A stretch of 64,000 bases of DNA from Eledone cirrhosa (Eukaryota). A program made the position numbers and the translations under genes. How positions within the stretch are numbered: the stretch's first letter is position 1; the number at the start of each line of letters is the position of its first letter. Below are positions 62,485 through 64,000 of the stretch, piece by piece. Location of the stretch: NCBI GenBank assembly GCA_964016885.1, contig OZ024755.1:42842001-42906000 (forward strand), written 5' to 3'. The notes below the pieces were generated by a model. That model saw nothing but the letters and a program-made list of their open reading frames with translations. It searched no databases and was not told where the DNA came from.

Positions 62485-63810
62485 TCTCTTTCAGACGCAC
62501 AAGAGAATCAGAGTTGCACGGAGCAAGGGAGGACAGAGAAGAGAGGAGACGGACAGCCCCTTTAATGTCAAATTCGCTGGATTTGGCATTGACCGCTCGC
62601 TTGAGGTCTACCGGTTGTTTGTTGGTGGACACCGAGCTCGGTGTCGAACTGAGATGAGACATGGTTGGGGTGGACTCAAACAGCTGGAACTGCTGCTTGA
62701 GAGAGGACGTGAGGGAACCCGAGTTCGCATTGTGCACGTGAAGAGAGATGAGGGGAAACAAAAACAATTTCTGCCAGTCAGACCTATTGTTGGACGAGCA
62801 AACGTTTTTCAGTAAATTAGAGAGGGCGCGTGCAAAGCTATTCCGAGCTCCCTTAGAGATCCGGTTAACGAGCTTTGATTTTGAGAAGCCCTGGAGGGCT
62901 GTGGCAAAGTCGTCGGTAGAGAGTTGGTCATCAAAGCGTAGGGCATCCCCGCGGAATACGTCGGAGCTGAAGTAGCACCGATTACAGGTCCAGTGTTGAA
63001 GCCTTTCAGCTTGAACTATGGTGATGCCGACACAGCTTCTGTGGTAGCTTGCGTGGCATAGGTGACATTTAAATGTTTTTAAGTACCGGCTAGTGCGGGC
63101 ACAGAGAGCGCAATCAGGTGGTGGGCTGGCAGCAGCTGGCAGTTGAAGGTCAGCGTTGGAATTCGGTGGAGGGAGCGAGTCAGTAAAGGAAACAGCAGTG
63201 GTTCTAACGGTGGGACTAGAGCGGAGTTTGGGTGGTGAGCTAACAGTTGTAGGGGTGGTGTGGTTGACCGGGTTGGATTCGTTTGGAATCTGCCGTGAAG
63301 AGGAGGAGGGGGTAGGTGGGGGAAAGTTAGCTCCTCTCGTGCGTGCCGCAGTTGGTGGGGAATGAGAGGTCGAAGGGTGACCGTTTGTCACATAGTCGTT
63401 CCACCAAGCAGATCTCTTGGTCATTCGACGCATGCCACCGTCGCCTAGAGTGCACTAGGTTAAAGTGGTGGCAACTTTAGCAATCGGCAATCGCCGGTGA
63501 TAGTTCGGTCGAAACATCGGGCCACCGACGGGTTGAACGAAGACATAGGTGGGCTGTGCGCGAGGAGGAAGTAAGGGTTGAGCAAGGGGAGGGATAGAAA
63601 GTGGAGAAGGGGTGAGAAGATTATGAGTGCGTGGAGAGGAGTGTGGTCATGTGAGAGGCAGGTAAATACAGTGGGAGAGAAAGAGCACAGAACATGCAAA
63701 GAGAAGGAAAATAAAAACGCTAGAAATACAAAATCTAAGGCTGTGAGTTTGCGTAATAGTTCACAGTACAAACCGAAATTGTGAGTTTGTGTGAAAAAAC
63801 AAAAAAACAC
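62485..63810 (-). mobile_element. CRE element 5' part: 5' UTR and N-terminus with a PHD finger
   Basis: CALC...CHLCHASYHRSC...WTCNRC; removing the Gypsy element restores LKEKHPSAP across the insertion; 5' boundary uncertain. Confidence 0.8.
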
Positions 63811-64000
63811 ATGGGCAAGACTTCAGTAAAATCAAAACCTGAATGATAGTGATACAAGATGTTTACAATTACAGAGTGATTACATTACTGGTCCTGAAAT
63901 CTCTCAAGTGGTCAAAGCTTCTAATTCTGTGAAATAGAATGGAAGTATGGATTGACCTTTCAGTCACACCTGACTATAAATAGATTCAGGTTATTTCAAG

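Overview
AT-rich, repeat-dominated animal genomic DNA with many (TA)n tracts. The SINE/RTE repertoire suggests a cephalopod such as octopus (inference, not verified). Two convergent host genes are visible: the last two exons of a probable ENGASE (+; 4305-4413 and 15826-16155) and a two-coding-exon RWD + MJ1316/DUF504 + 2H-phosphoesterase LENG9-like gene (-; 29539-32058). The rest is mobile DNA: RTE LINEs with an internal PHD finger and their partner SINEs, a young L1/Tx1-like LINE with a 19-bp TSD, a hAT transposon with an 8-bp TSD, Helitron pieces, MITEs, a solo LTR, a Gypsy element nested in a CRE-type LINE, and two Penelope-like (PLE) clades. Two signals stand out. (1) More than a dozen hammerhead-ribozyme motifs from several distinct families, including U3-A8 core variants, mostly sit in fold-back inverted repeats embedded in (TA)n and look like PLE pseudo-LTR ends. 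(2) A 5.5-kb near-perfect palindrome (23262-28780) carries mirrored ORFs with a 2A-like peptide and a Helentron-like terminal hairpin. All calls were made by eye without database searches. Boundaries of degraded elements are approximate.
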